A stretch of DNA of 64,000 bases from a plasmid, in sequence record NZ_CP040051.1; one strand, given 5' to 3'. The stretch's first letter is position 1; the number at the start of each line of letters is the position of its first letter. Of this stretch, positions 50,764 to 60,314 are shown in pieces. A program made the translations under genes and the position numbers. Under the pieces are notes generated by a model that searched no databases, had not been told where the DNA came from, and saw nothing but the letters and a program-made list of their open reading frames with translations.

Positions 50764-51372
50764 TTGGGACAGAATGCGGCCATTTATTGCCGAGTATCAA
50801 CGAACGATCAGTCCTGCGAACGACAGGAATATGACCTACGTGCCTACGCCAATCGTTGCGGCTACGATGTTGTCGGTGTTTGGAAAGAAACTGCATCAGG
50901 CAGTAAGGATGAGAGATTGCAAAGAAAATACTTGATGACCATGGCGCAATCTCGTGAAATCGATGCCATCTTGGTGACGGAATTGACACGCTGGGGCAGA
51001 AGCACCGTGGATCTCGTACAGTCATTACAAGATCTTGGGCATTTCGGGGTATCTCTGGTGGCACAAACAGGTTTGCAGTTTGACCTTTCCACATCTCAGG
51101 GAAAGCTCATGGCTTCTGTGATGTCTGCATTAGCAGAGTTTGAGGGAGATTTACTACGTGAACGTGTGCGCTCTGGTGTAGCAGCGGCACAAGCGCGGGG
51201 CGTTGTGTTTGGTCGTCGTCCTGGTCAACGTACCAAGTCAGATCGTCTGGCACCTAAAGTGTTGGAGTTGGTGTCTGCTGGACACTCTTATCGACAAGTC
51301 GGTCGGCTGGTCAATCTAAGCAAAAATACCGTGTTGGATATCGTTAAAAGAAGTCGGAGTGAAAATCCTTAG
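50764..51372 (+). CDS. tnpR: Serine-recombinase resolvase.
   Basis: Catalytic Ser motif IYCRVSTNDQS and a C-terminal HTH. The stop codon lies inside the IRR. Confidence 0.9.
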   Translation: MGQNAAIYCRVSTNDQSCERQEYDLRAYANRCGYDVVGVWKETASGSKDERLQRKYLMTMAQSREIDAILVTELTRWGRSTVDLVQSLQDLGHFGVSLVAQTGLQFDLSTSQGKLMASVMSALAEFEGDLLRERVRSGVAAAQARGVVFGRRPGQRTKSDRLAPKVLELVSAGHSYRQVGRLVNLSKNTVLDIVKRSRSENP

Positions 51373-51429
51373 CGTGCTATATTTTCCGTTTCCTGAGACG
51401 ACCCCTATAAAGCCTTTATTTGCTTAAGC

Positions 51430-51873
51430 TTGGAAATGGATGTTGATTTTGATGATGAGGAATGCCTGAATACCTTTATTCTGTCCATGTCTAAGGCCTT
51501 CAAGTACATAAACTTTAACGAGTTTTATGTCGAAAGATTTTTGGGTGGTTATGATGATGCAGTCGTCAAGCATGTGGTGGGATATGTGGAGTCGATTAGT
51601 CCAATTTCTCGGTCAAAGCCCAAGGCTTTTTCGGCATTAACCAAGAGTCTGCTTAAGCACAATTTTCTGGTGGGTAATCATAACTTTTGCCTCATTTGTG
51701 ATGGATTGATCTATCTTGATTCTACTGAATCGGATCATCGGATTGCCAAAGCCGTAGGTGGGCAAGGTGTTCTAGAGAATGGTCTGCTGGTTCATCCCAT
51801 CTGTAATAGAATGAAATCAGATCTGAGTCTGGAAGAGATTAGAGCGGATTTGTTTGGTGAATTACTGTATTAA
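51430..51873 (+). CDS. HNH-nuclease-motif protein (147 aa).
   Basis: CLICDG…SDHRIAKAVGG…LLVHPICNRMK, an HNH-like Cys/His arrangement. Confidence 0.45.
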   Translation: MEMDVDFDDEECLNTFILSMSKAFKYINFNEFYVERFLGGYDDAVVKHVVGYVESISPISRSKPKAFSALTKSLLKHNFLVGNHNFCLICDGLIYLDSTESDHRIAKAVGGQGVLENGLLVHPICNRMKSDLSLEEIRADLFGELLY

Positions 51874-52423
51874 TCAACAGAGCGATGAGCTCATTTTTGC
51901 AGATGTATCAATGATTAATCACATGATTTAACTTTTGATACATTCAGCCAATGTGGTTATTTTTAATTCAGTCCAGAATCACAACCAGAAACTAGCTGTA
52001 GTTTCTGAATGACCGTCAAGGTCCTTAGTTTCGCCCATAGATTCCCTCTGTGGGCTTTTTTTGATCAAAAATTGTATAGATGCTCTAAAATAAACCTTTT
52101 AGCATTTCATAAGCAATTAGGATTAAGGCTGAGACCATCAGCACAACAAAAATGAGTTCCACTCTAGTTAACATCTTAGTTCCATTTACTTTTCACTTAA
52201 TTTATATAGCAGTTAACTCGTAGCATCAATGAAATAACATGACATGGAAAATAATCAAAAAGACAGAATTTGGATTTTGATCAGATCTGCATGTTTACAT
52301 GCTTCTACAGCAGCTTTGAATGTTTCACTTAACCTTTAAACTTTTCTTAAAACTAAATATATTTACATATACATTCTAAAATTTGATAGAATTTATTAAA
52401 ACTTTAGATTCTAAGTGTAAATA

Positions 52424-53656
52424 ATGAGAAGCGCTAATATTCGACGTGATGGCTACTTAAAATTTCTGAATACATGGCAAGACCGTGATGTCATTAAAGT
52501 ACTTTCAGGTGTGCGTCGCTCTGGAAAATCCACCTTATTGGCGATGTTTCAACAAGACCTAAAAGCACAGGGTGTACAAGCCGAAAACATCATTGCCATC
52601 AACTTCGAATTTATGGAATTTGAAGAACTCACCGATTACCGTAAACTACATGATTATGTATTGTCCAAAGTTGATAAAAGTAAAAAAAACTATGTTTTTT
52701 TAGATGAAATACAACATGTTACAAATTTTGAGAAAGTAGTCGACTCTTTATATGTTCGGGATTATATCGATTTATATATTACAGGCTCAAATGCATTCTT
52801 TCTAAGTGGAGAACTTGCGACTTTACTTACAGGACGCTATATAGAGCAACATGTTTTACCCCTTTCATTCCAAGAATTTAAACAGTGGCATATTGAAAAT
52901 AATCCGATCATCCAACAATTATCCAATCGTGATTTGTATGCCATGTATACGCGCAGTAGTTTCCCTTATACGCTTGCCATGACTAGCCAGCAGGAAACCT
53001 ATGATTACTTGCAAGCGGTCTATGCCAGTGTAATGTTTAAAGATGTTATTCCCCGTTTGAATACTGCCGATATTAACTCTCTCGAGCGTGTCGCAAGATA
53101 TTTGGCAAGCGTGACAGGCTCACCTATTTCCATCAATAAAATTAAAAATACCTTTGTTTCAAGTGGGGTTAAGATTTCATTTGAAACAGTAAAACGCTAT
53201 ATTCAGGGCTTACAGGACAGTTTGCTATTTTATAGTGCCGCACAGTTTAAAGTACGCGGGCGTGAGTTATTACAATCCTCTGAAAAATACTATTTAGTTG
53301 ATGTCGGATTGCGCCGGATTATGTTGCCTGATGCTAATGCTGATCAAGGTCATATCCTAGAAAATGTGATTTATCTTGAGCTTGTCAGACGAGGTTATAC
53401 GGTCTATGTAGGGCGGGTTGATGAATATGAAATTGATTTTGTTGCTGTCGATACTTTACAGAATTTAACTTATTATCAGGTGGCATTAGAAACGCTCAAT
53501 GAGGAGACACTCAGCCGAGAGTTACGTCCATTACAGAAAATTTCTGATTCGTATCCCAAGTATTTGCTTACCTTAGACACGATAGGGACTGAAGCGAATT
53601 ATAATGGTATTGTAAAAATGAGTGCTCTCGATTGGTTGCTATCTGAAAATAAGTAA
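52424..53656 (+). CDS. AAA-superfamily ATPase (AAA_14/DUF4143 type, COG1373-like).
   Basis: Walker A GVRRSGKSTLL and Walker B VFLDEIQ. C-terminal DUF4143-like region. Confidence 0.6.
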   Translation: MRSANIRRDGYLKFLNTWQDRDVIKVLSGVRRSGKSTLLAMFQQDLKAQGVQAENIIAINFEFMEFEELTDYRKLHDYVLSKVDKSKKNYVFLDEIQHVTNFEKVVDSLYVRDYIDLYITGSNAFFLSGELATLLTGRYIEQHVLPLSFQEFKQWHIENNPIIQQLSNRDLYAMYTRSSFPYTLAMTSQQETYDYLQAVYASVMFKDVIPRLNTADINSLERVARYLASVTGSPISINKIKNTFVSSGVKISFETVKRYIQGLQDSLLFYSAAQFKVRGRELLQSSEKYYLVDVGLRRIMLPDANADQGHILENVIYLELVRRGYTVYVGRVDEYEIDFVAVDTLQNLTYYQVALETLNEETLSRELRPLQKISDSYPKYLLTLDTIGTEANYNGIVKMSALDWLLSENK

Positions 53657-53927
53657 AGTTGAGGGTAGACATGGATACTCTTATTTATTAATTAAAACTC
53701 AAAGACTTTTCAGCATCATTCAAGAATGTATTCAAGCATAATTTCTGCTCCAATTGTGATGGATCGATTTACCTCGATTCGATTGAGTCAGACTATCATG
53801 ATTGAGCCAGAGTCGCTTACTGAAAGTAGCGAGAATTGCGCTGGAGTTTCTGAAGGATATTAATTCCTTAGTTTGCCCATTCATCCATCTGGGCATTTTT
53901 TTTGATCAAAATACAGTGCTGTTCTTG

Positions 53928-54257
53928 CTAAAAAATGACGGCACCCACCATAAAACACAATATTCCAAAAATAATCCAAGGCCAGATCTTTGTCTTCGGT
54001 TGTTCTAAATTCTGAGGATTATATTCCGTGTGTTCTAGCGATGTCGGTTGTGGAACACGGGTCTTTTTAGAGTAAGGTTGGTGTTTAGAGTAAGATAGTC
54101 CCGTACCTGGAATGCCGACACTGGTTCGCGTACCTTTTTTCCCAATATTTAGAGAAGCACCAGGTTTGCCAATGCTGGCACTGCTGATGCCTTTATGGGT
54201 CAGATTAATTTTAAAACCCGGGAATAATTTAATACTTTTACGAAATCTAAAACCCAT
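53928..54257 (-). CDS. DUF4236-like small protein with a C-terminal TM helix.
   Basis: N-terminal GFRFRKSIKLFPGFKINLTHKGIS motif. Confidence 0.4.
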   Translation of the reverse strand: MGFRFRKSIKLFPGFKINLTHKGISSASIGKPGASLNIGKKGTRTSVGIPGTGLSYSKHQPYSKKTRVPQPTSLEHTEYNPQNLEQPKTKIWPWIIFGILCFMVGAVIF

Positions 54258-54450
54258 ATTTCTCTCATTCTAAAACTTAGCTCAATTCACGCGCTATACC
54301 AGGATCCATGATCTGCTAGAGATCGTACTTTGACGGCTATCATCAGGATACTAGTATATTTTTTATCTGATGATTGCAATACTACCTTTAAATACCGTCA
54401 AAAATGTTTACTGTATATTTGCTGTAGGGTAATCTTAAAGCTGCTATTTA

Positions 54451-55332
54451 TTGACTGATTGGTATATGACGACAGATAAGCATGAAGTCCTGCTACGAAT
54501 GCGAGCCATCGAGCTGCTTGCTTACTGGGAAGGTCGTTTGGTTACCAATCGTTTGATGAGCTGGTTTGGGCTGAGTCGACAGCAGGCTTCTGCGGATATC
54601 AAGCGTTACAATACGCTGTATAACCCCGATGCCTTGATTCATGACCCCTCCGTAAAAGGCTATGTGCCTAAAGCCACGTTTCAACCGGTGCTGACTACCG
54701 TACATATCAATGAATATCTCAATATGCTCTCGGGCTTGGTCAGTGAATCGCATGCGCTGATTGCGATGCCAGAACCGAATCTTGCAGCAGTTCAATTACC
54801 TGATCGCAGTGTACGTCCTGAAGTGATTCGGGAAGTTTTGCGTGCCTGCCGCAACCAAAGTACTTTAAAAATGATTTATGCCTCGATGCAGAATCCGCAG
54901 TGGCATGAACGCATGATTTCCCCACATACCCTGGTGTATACCGGTTTTCGCTGGCATGTCCGTGCCTATTGCCATCAGAGCAAGCAGTTTAAGGACTTTT
55001 TACTCTCCAGAATTGATCGCACACCTGTTGTGGTGGCGATTGAGTCAGTAGACCCTGCTCAGGATCAGCAATGGCATGAAGAAATTCTACTGACGCTGAT
55101 CCCTAATCCAAAATTGAATGAAGCTCAAAAAGTGCTGGTCGAAAAAGACTTCGGCATGCCTGATGGCAGATTACAGATTCCGGTCAAAAAAGCCCTGGCT
55201 CACTATACCTTGCAGCGATATCAGGCCGCGATCACGCTGGCTGAGGCGGATGATGCCTTGAAATATCCCTTGGTACTACAACGCTCAGATATCGAAAAGC
55301 TGTCGTCTTACCTGTTTGATCAGGCCTCATAG
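54451..55332 (+). CDS. brxR: BrxR-type WYL-domain transcriptional regulator (wHTH–WYL).
   Basis: N-terminal wHTH and a WYL-domain core (YTGFRWHVRAYCHQSKQFKDFLLSRI). Sits immediately upstream of brxA and overlaps it. Confidence 0.65.
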   Translation: MTDWYMTTDKHEVLLRMRAIELLAYWEGRLVTNRLMSWFGLSRQQASADIKRYNTLYNPDALIHDPSVKGYVPKATFQPVLTTVHINEYLNMLSGLVSESHALIAMPEPNLAAVQLPDRSVRPEVIREVLRACRNQSTLKMIYASMQNPQWHERMISPHTLVYTGFRWHVRAYCHQSKQFKDFLLSRIDRTPVVVAIESVDPAQDQQWHEEILLTLIPNPKLNEAQKVLVEKDFGMPDGRLQIPVKKALAHYTLQRYQAAITLAEADDALKYPLVLQRSDIEKLSSYLFDQAS

Positions 55333-55954
55333 GAGATTGACCATGTTAGAACAATTTCATTATGACAGTGACCTGATTGGTGGCTCCCTGATGGTGCGTG
55401 AAAGCCGGCTGATCGCGGATCTGTTATTACGAGAAGCGACTCCAGAACAATGGCATCAGGCAATTCAGATTGACAATATTCTGCAAAAAAGAACGCCTGC
55501 TTCAGCCCAACGTAACGCCACTGCCATTCGTAAGCGTCTTGAGCGCTTAGAGCCTGATTTCTGGAAAGCACTACGTGATGGGGATGATGAGCTGGCGACC
55601 CAGGTGGCTTTTTGTGGTGCACTGGAACGCAACCTGTTGCTGCTTGAGTTTATGGAAACGGTGATGAGGGATGCCTATATCTCTCAGGCGCAACACTTGG
55701 ACAGTTATATCTGGTCAGATTTTTTGGATGAACGCTCACAACGTGATCCGGATATCTGTGATTGGAAAGAGTCCAGCAAGAAAAAAATGGGGCAGGTGGT
55801 GTTTCGCATGCTGGCAGAAGCCGGTTACTTAAAAAGTACCCGTAAGCTGGAGTTGCAGCGCGTGATCGTCAGAGCAGAGCTGCGTAGCCTGTTGGAAGAA
55901 CATTATAAACAACGCATTAAAAGATCTATGGAAGTGTCGCTATGGACGCGGTAG
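55316..55954 (+). CDS. brxA: BREX protein BrxA (DUF1819).
   Basis: Position and size (first gene of brxABC-pglX) with a GGSLMVRESRLIADLLL-type N-terminus. The true start may be the internal Met at codon 10. Confidence 0.6.
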   Translation: MIRPHRRLTMLEQFHYDSDLIGGSLMVRESRLIADLLLREATPEQWHQAIQIDNILQKRTPASAQRNATAIRKRLERLEPDFWKALRDGDDELATQVAFCGALERNLLLLEFMETVMRDAYISQAQHLDSYIWSDFLDERSQRDPDICDWKESSKKKMGQVVFRMLAEAGYLKSTRKLELQRVIVRAELRSLLEEHYKQRIKRSMEVSLWTR

Positions 55955-55970
55955 TTGTAGAGGGGCAGCA

Positions 55971-56546
55971 ATGAGTCAAACAATACATGAGCGTCTGAAC
56001 CAGATTCCAGAGCGAATTCTTTCCACTGAGTTTCTCACTGGACAAGGATTGGGCAATGAAATTGGCTTCTGGATTTTTGATTATGCGCCTGAAGATGAGT
56101 TGAAAGTGCGCGAATATCTGCATTTTCTAGACGGGATGCTAGAGAAAAAACACAGTCAGCTGAAGGTGGTGAATATCAACCTGCTGCAAGCCGTGGTGGA
56201 CTATCTGGCTGAGCGTAACTTCATCGATAAAGCTATTCAAATGCAAAAAGCCAAAGGCGATGAGGTGCTGCTCAAAGCGCTGAAAGGCCCACTGCATATG
56301 GATAAGTTCGCGCCCTATCTGGTGAGTAAATATGCCACCAATGCGCAAGATATTGTGTTGATGACTGGGGTTGGGTCGGTTTGGCCACTGTTACGTGCCC
56401 ATCACTTATTGAACAGTTTGCATTCGTTACTGGGACATAAGCCAGTGGTGCTGTTTTACCCAGGTTATTACGACGGTCAAGCGATGAGTTTATTTGGAAA
56501 AATTCCAAGCAACAATTACTACAGAGCATTCAGATTAGTGCCTTAA
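55971..56546 (+). CDS. brxB: BREX protein BrxB (DUF1788).
   Basis: 191 aa between brxA and brxC. Confidence 0.6.
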   Translation: MSQTIHERLNQIPERILSTEFLTGQGLGNEIGFWIFDYAPEDELKVREYLHFLDGMLEKKHSQLKVVNINLLQAVVDYLAERNFIDKAIQMQKAKGDEVLLKALKGPLHMDKFAPYLVSKYATNAQDIVLMTGVGSVWPLLRAHHLLNSLHSLLGHKPVVLFYPGYYDGQAMSLFGKIPSNNYYRAFRLVP

Positions 56547-56587
56547 ACACGGCAAATAGAAATAAGAATTCGGGGGAATGGATTGAG

Positions 56588-59500
56588 ATGAACATTAAAG
56601 AACTTTTTTACAAGCCATTAGATCGTGCAATTAACGGGGTGGTGAAGGCAGATCAGGATGATAATGCCACGGTTTACCAGGAGCTGGATGAGTACGTGGT
56701 CACCAATGAGCTGGAAAAGCATTTTCGTGACTTTTTCCAGTCCTATGGTACAGACCTCAGCGACCCTTCGATTGCCAATCGTGTCGGCGTGTGGATTTCT
56801 GGCTTCTTTGGTTCAGGTAAATCACATTTCCTGAAAACCTTGTCGTATATTCTGGCCAATAAAGTGGCACGTGACGCGGAAGGTAACGAACGCAGTGCTG
56901 CAGAATTCTTTGATGAAAGCAAAATCCGGGATGCGTTTATCCGTGCGGATATTGGTAAAGCGGTTAGTCATCATGCCGATGTCATCCTATTTAATATCGA
57001 CAGTAAAGCCAGCTCCAATGATGATGGTAATCCGATTCTGAATGTGTTTTTACGCGTGTTTAACGAATATCAGGGTTTTAGTGCCGATCATCCACATATT
57101 GCACATATGGAACGTCACCTGAGCCAGAAAGGGGTGTATGAGCGCTTTAAACAGGCTTTTGAAGAATCTAGCGGCATGTCTTGGCTAGAAGAACGTGACG
57201 GCTATCAGTTCTATCAGGATGATGTCGAAACCGCAATTTCCCAAGCCCTCAACTTATCAGCAGAAGCGGCACACAAGTGGTTTGAGGATTCTGAGCAGAC
57301 TTTTAGTGTTTCGGTCGAAAACTTCTGTCAGTGGGTGAAAGAATACCTAGACAGCAAAGGACCCCAGCAACGCATATTGTTTCTGGTGGATGAGGTGGGG
57401 CAGTTTATTGGCAGTGATACCCGCTTGATGCTGACACTGCAAACCATTACTGAAAACTTGGGTACGATCTGTAAAGGCCGCGCTTGGATTATCGTCACCT
57501 CACAGGCAGACATCGATGCTGTTTTAGGTGAGATGTCTTCTTCCAAAGCCAATGACTTCTCCAAGATTGCTGGACGTTTTAAAACCCGTTTATCGCTGTC
57601 CAGTTCAAATACCGATGAAGTCATCCAGAAACGTTTATTACGTAAAACCCCAGAAGCTGAAGCATTGCTCAGATCGGTGTTTGAGCAAAAGGGCGATATC
57701 TTAAAAAATCAGATTACCTTTGACCGTTCAGGCCCAACCCTCAAGAACTATGAGGGGCCAGACAGTTTTATTCATAACTATCCTTTTGCGCCGTACCATT
57801 TCCAGCTGGTGCAAAAAGTATTTGAAGAAATCCGTAAAGTCGGTGCGACTGGTGCACATCTGGCCTATGGTGAACGGTCCATGCTGGATGCGTTCCAGAT
57901 GGCCGCGAATGCGATTGCCACCGATGAAGTCGGTGCCCTGGTTCCTTTCCACCGCTTCTATACTTCAGTCGAAGGCTTCCTGGATACTGCAGTGAAGCGT
58001 ACCATCGACCAGGCAGGGCAGAATAAGACCCTGGATGGTTTTGATGTGCAGATGCTGCGTACCCTGTTCATGATCCGCTATGTCGATATCATCAAAGGTA
58101 CGCTGGATAACCTGGTGACTTTATCGATTGAGAAAATTGATGAAGATAAGCTGGCATTGCGCAAGCGGATTGAAGAGAGCCTGCAGCGTCTAGAAAAAGA
58201 GAGCCTGATTACGAGGAATGGCGATGAGTTCCTGTTCCTGACCAATGAAGAGCGGGACATTACCCGCAAAATTAAAGCCACAGACTTAGCAGCTTCAGAA
58301 GAAAATAAAGAGTTAGCCAATCTGATCTTTAAAGATTTACTGCGCGATCAGAACAAATACCGCCATCAAGCCAACAAGATGGACTATCAGATTGGTCGTT
58401 TTCTGGATGGTCATAGCCTGGATGGCAAGTATGAGAGTGATTTGAAAGTTGAAATCATTTCTCCACTGGATACGGAATACAACCTCTACACAGAAGCTTT
58501 CTGTATTGGTAAGAGCGCCGAGGCCGAAGGGCAGATACTGTTTAAACTGGCAGACGATAAACAGTTCTTTAATGAACTGCGCACCTGGCTGAAAACCAAT
58601 AAATTTATTCGGTTAAATGATGATGGCACTCAGTCCGATATCACCCGTATCCTGGCAGACCGTGGCCGTGAGAATCAGGAGCGTAAAAAACGTCTGCGTG
58701 TCCGGGTCGAAGAAATGTTGCTGGAGGCGGAAAGTTATGCCTTGGGGCAACATCTACAACTTTCATCTTCAAGTCCAACCACCAAGCTGGATGAGGCTTG
58801 TCGTTATTTGCTGGAAAACACTTATACCAAACTGAGCTATTTGCAGGTCTATCAGCAGGATGTCTGGCGTGAACTGAACGCCGTCTTGACTGTGGATGAT
58901 ATGGCGCAGCTCGGATTGTCTCTGGATGGCGGGCAGAGCAATCCGAAAGCCCTACAGGATGTCGAACAGTACATCTCGCTGCGTGCAACCGGTACCGAAC
59001 GTATTCTGGTGTCAGATGTGGTGGATCGTTTTGCCAAACGTCCTTATGGCTGGCCAGATGCCGAGATTTTACTGTTGGTGGGTCAGCTGGCTGCGATGGG
59101 GCGGATTTCACTGCAGTTAAATGGCGGCAGCTTACAGTTAAAAGATGCCTTTGAGCCTTTACAAAACAGCCGCCGTCGCCGTGATGTTTCCATTATTAAA
59201 AAGCGCCAGACTGATGATCAGGTATTGAAACAGGCACGCCAACTCACCCAAGACCTATTCTCGGCCATGGGACCAGCGACTGAGAAAGAGCTATTTGAAT
59301 TCTATTTGAAGCATTTTAAGACTTGGTTAGCCAACTTTAAGTCGTACAAAAGCAAAACAGATGTCGGGCAGTTCCCGGGCAAGAAAGTGATTGAAAAGTC
59401 GATTCTGACTTTGGAACGTCTGCTGGCGAATAGCGATAGCTTCGATTTCTTTAAGGCCGTGGTCGAGAACAAGGACGACTATTTGGATCTGGAAGAAGAT

Positions 59501-60268
59501 TATCGTGACATTCATGAATTCTTTAGCAACCAGATGCCAAGCTGGCAGCAACTGCAACAGGCCTTACGTCATTTTGAGAAAAACAAACAGGCGCTGGGCA
59601 GTGATGAGCTGGCGAAAAAAGCCCTCTCCGAATTACATCGCATTTCGACCACTGAATCACCCTATGGCCTGTTAAATAAAGTCGCTGATTTGGTTCGTAC
59701 AGTGGAAAGCGTCAATCAACGCTTGCTGACTGAAAAGCGCAGTCAGGCGCTAGAGCAAATTGATGACAAGATCAAGCAGCTGGAAGCCGAGATTAAAAAC
59801 AGTGGTATTGCCACCGCTGAGCTGAGTAACAAGCTACTGCGTCCGCTGCAATTGCTCAAAGCGGATATCGAAGTGGAAAGCAGCCTGTCCACCATCTATA
59901 TGCTGCAAACCCAAACCGCCATTGAACGTTTTGATGAAGCCTTATATGAGCTGGAACGAGAAGTTCAGGCTGAAATTCAGCGTCAGGCCAAAGCGGCACA
60001 ACTGGCTCAGAGCAAAGCAGAGAGTGTAACCAACACTGCAACCACCTCCAGCCCAGCAACATCAGAACCTGCTGCGATTCTGGTACAGCCTGCGACAGCC
60101 GTAGTGCCACCGAAACCAGTGGTGGAAGTCGATGTCGCCAGCATTTACAGCAAAACCTCCAGCAGTGTCTATCTGGAAACGGAAGAGTCAGTGGATCAGT
60201 TTGTAGAAGCACTCAAAGCTGAATTGAAAAAAATTGTGAGTGATAAAAAGCGTGTGCGTATCCGCTAA
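56588..60268 (+). CDS. brxC: BREX ATPase BrxC.
   Basis: 1226 aa with P-loop GFFGSGKSHFLKTLSYIL and a BrxC-like N-terminus (IKELFYKPLDRAINGVVK). Confidence 0.85.
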   Translation: MNIKELFYKPLDRAINGVVKADQDDNATVYQELDEYVVTNELEKHFRDFFQSYGTDLSDPSIANRVGVWISGFFGSGKSHFLKTLSYILANKVARDAEGNERSAAEFFDESKIRDAFIRADIGKAVSHHADVILFNIDSKASSNDDGNPILNVFLRVFNEYQGFSADHPHIAHMERHLSQKGVYERFKQAFEESSGMSWLEERDGYQFYQDDVETAISQALNLSAEAAHKWFEDSEQTFSVSVENFCQWVKEYLDSKGPQQRILFLVDEVGQFIGSDTRLMLTLQTITENLGTICKGRAWIIVTSQADIDAVLGEMSSSKANDFSKIAGRFKTRLSLSSSNTDEVIQKRLLRKTPEAEALLRSVFEQKGDILKNQITFDRSGPTLKNYEGPDSFIHNYPFAPYHFQLVQKVFEEIRKVGATGAHLAYGERSMLDAFQMAANAIATDEVGALVPFHRFYTSVEGFLDTAVKRTIDQAGQNKTLDGFDVQMLRTLFMIRYVDIIKGTLDNLVTLSIEKIDEDKLALRKRIEESLQRLEKESLITRNGDEFLFLTNEERDITRKIKATDLAASEENKELANLIFKDLLRDQNKYRHQANKMDYQIGRFLDGHSLDGKYESDLKVEIISPLDTEYNLYTEAFCIGKSAEAEGQILFKLADDKQFFNELRTWLKTNKFIRLNDDGTQSDITRILADRGRENQERKKRLRVRVEEMLLEAESYALGQHLQLSSSSPTTKLDEACRYLLENTYTKLSYLQVYQQDVWRELNAVLTVDDMAQLGLSLDGGQSNPKALQDVEQYISLRATGTERILVSDVVDRFAKRPYGWPDAEILLLVGQLAAMGRISLQLNGGSLQLKDAFEPLQNSRRRRDVSIIKKRQTDDQVLKQARQLTQDLFSAMGPATEKELFEFYLKHFKTWLANFKSYKSKTDVGQFPGKKVIEKSILTLERLLANSDSFDFFKAVVENKDDYLDLEEDYRDIHEFFSNQMPSWQQLQQALRHFEKNKQALGSDELAKKALSELHRISTTESPYGLLNKVADLVRTVESVNQRLLTEKRSQALEQIDDKIKQLEAEIKNSGIATAELSNKLLRPLQLLKADIEVESSLSTIYMLQTQTAIERFDEALYELEREVQAEIQRQAKAAQLAQSKAESVTNTATTSSPATSEPAAILVQPATAVVPPKPVVEVDVASIYSKTSSSVYLETEESVDQFVEALKAELKKIVSDKKRVRIR

Positions 60269-60314
60269 CTCGGGTTAGGGATATCGGCATCAGTCATTAA
60301 TTAAAGGTTTAAAG

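Larger units (their letters stand above)
47672..51406. mobile_element. Compact Tn3-family element (about 3.7 kb: IRL–tnpA–res–tnpR–IRR) with Tn21-like 38-bp inverted repeats.
   Basis: Inverted 38-bp repeats at 47672–47710 and 51368–51406 enclose divergent tnpA and tnpR with a 94-bp intergenic res region. Confidence 0.85.

Noticed and set aside
51430-53656. Septu-like (ATPase plus HNH) defence system
   Set aside because: The ATPase is a COG1373/DUF4143 type rather than the Septu PtuA family. The genes are 550 bp apart and not an obvious operon.
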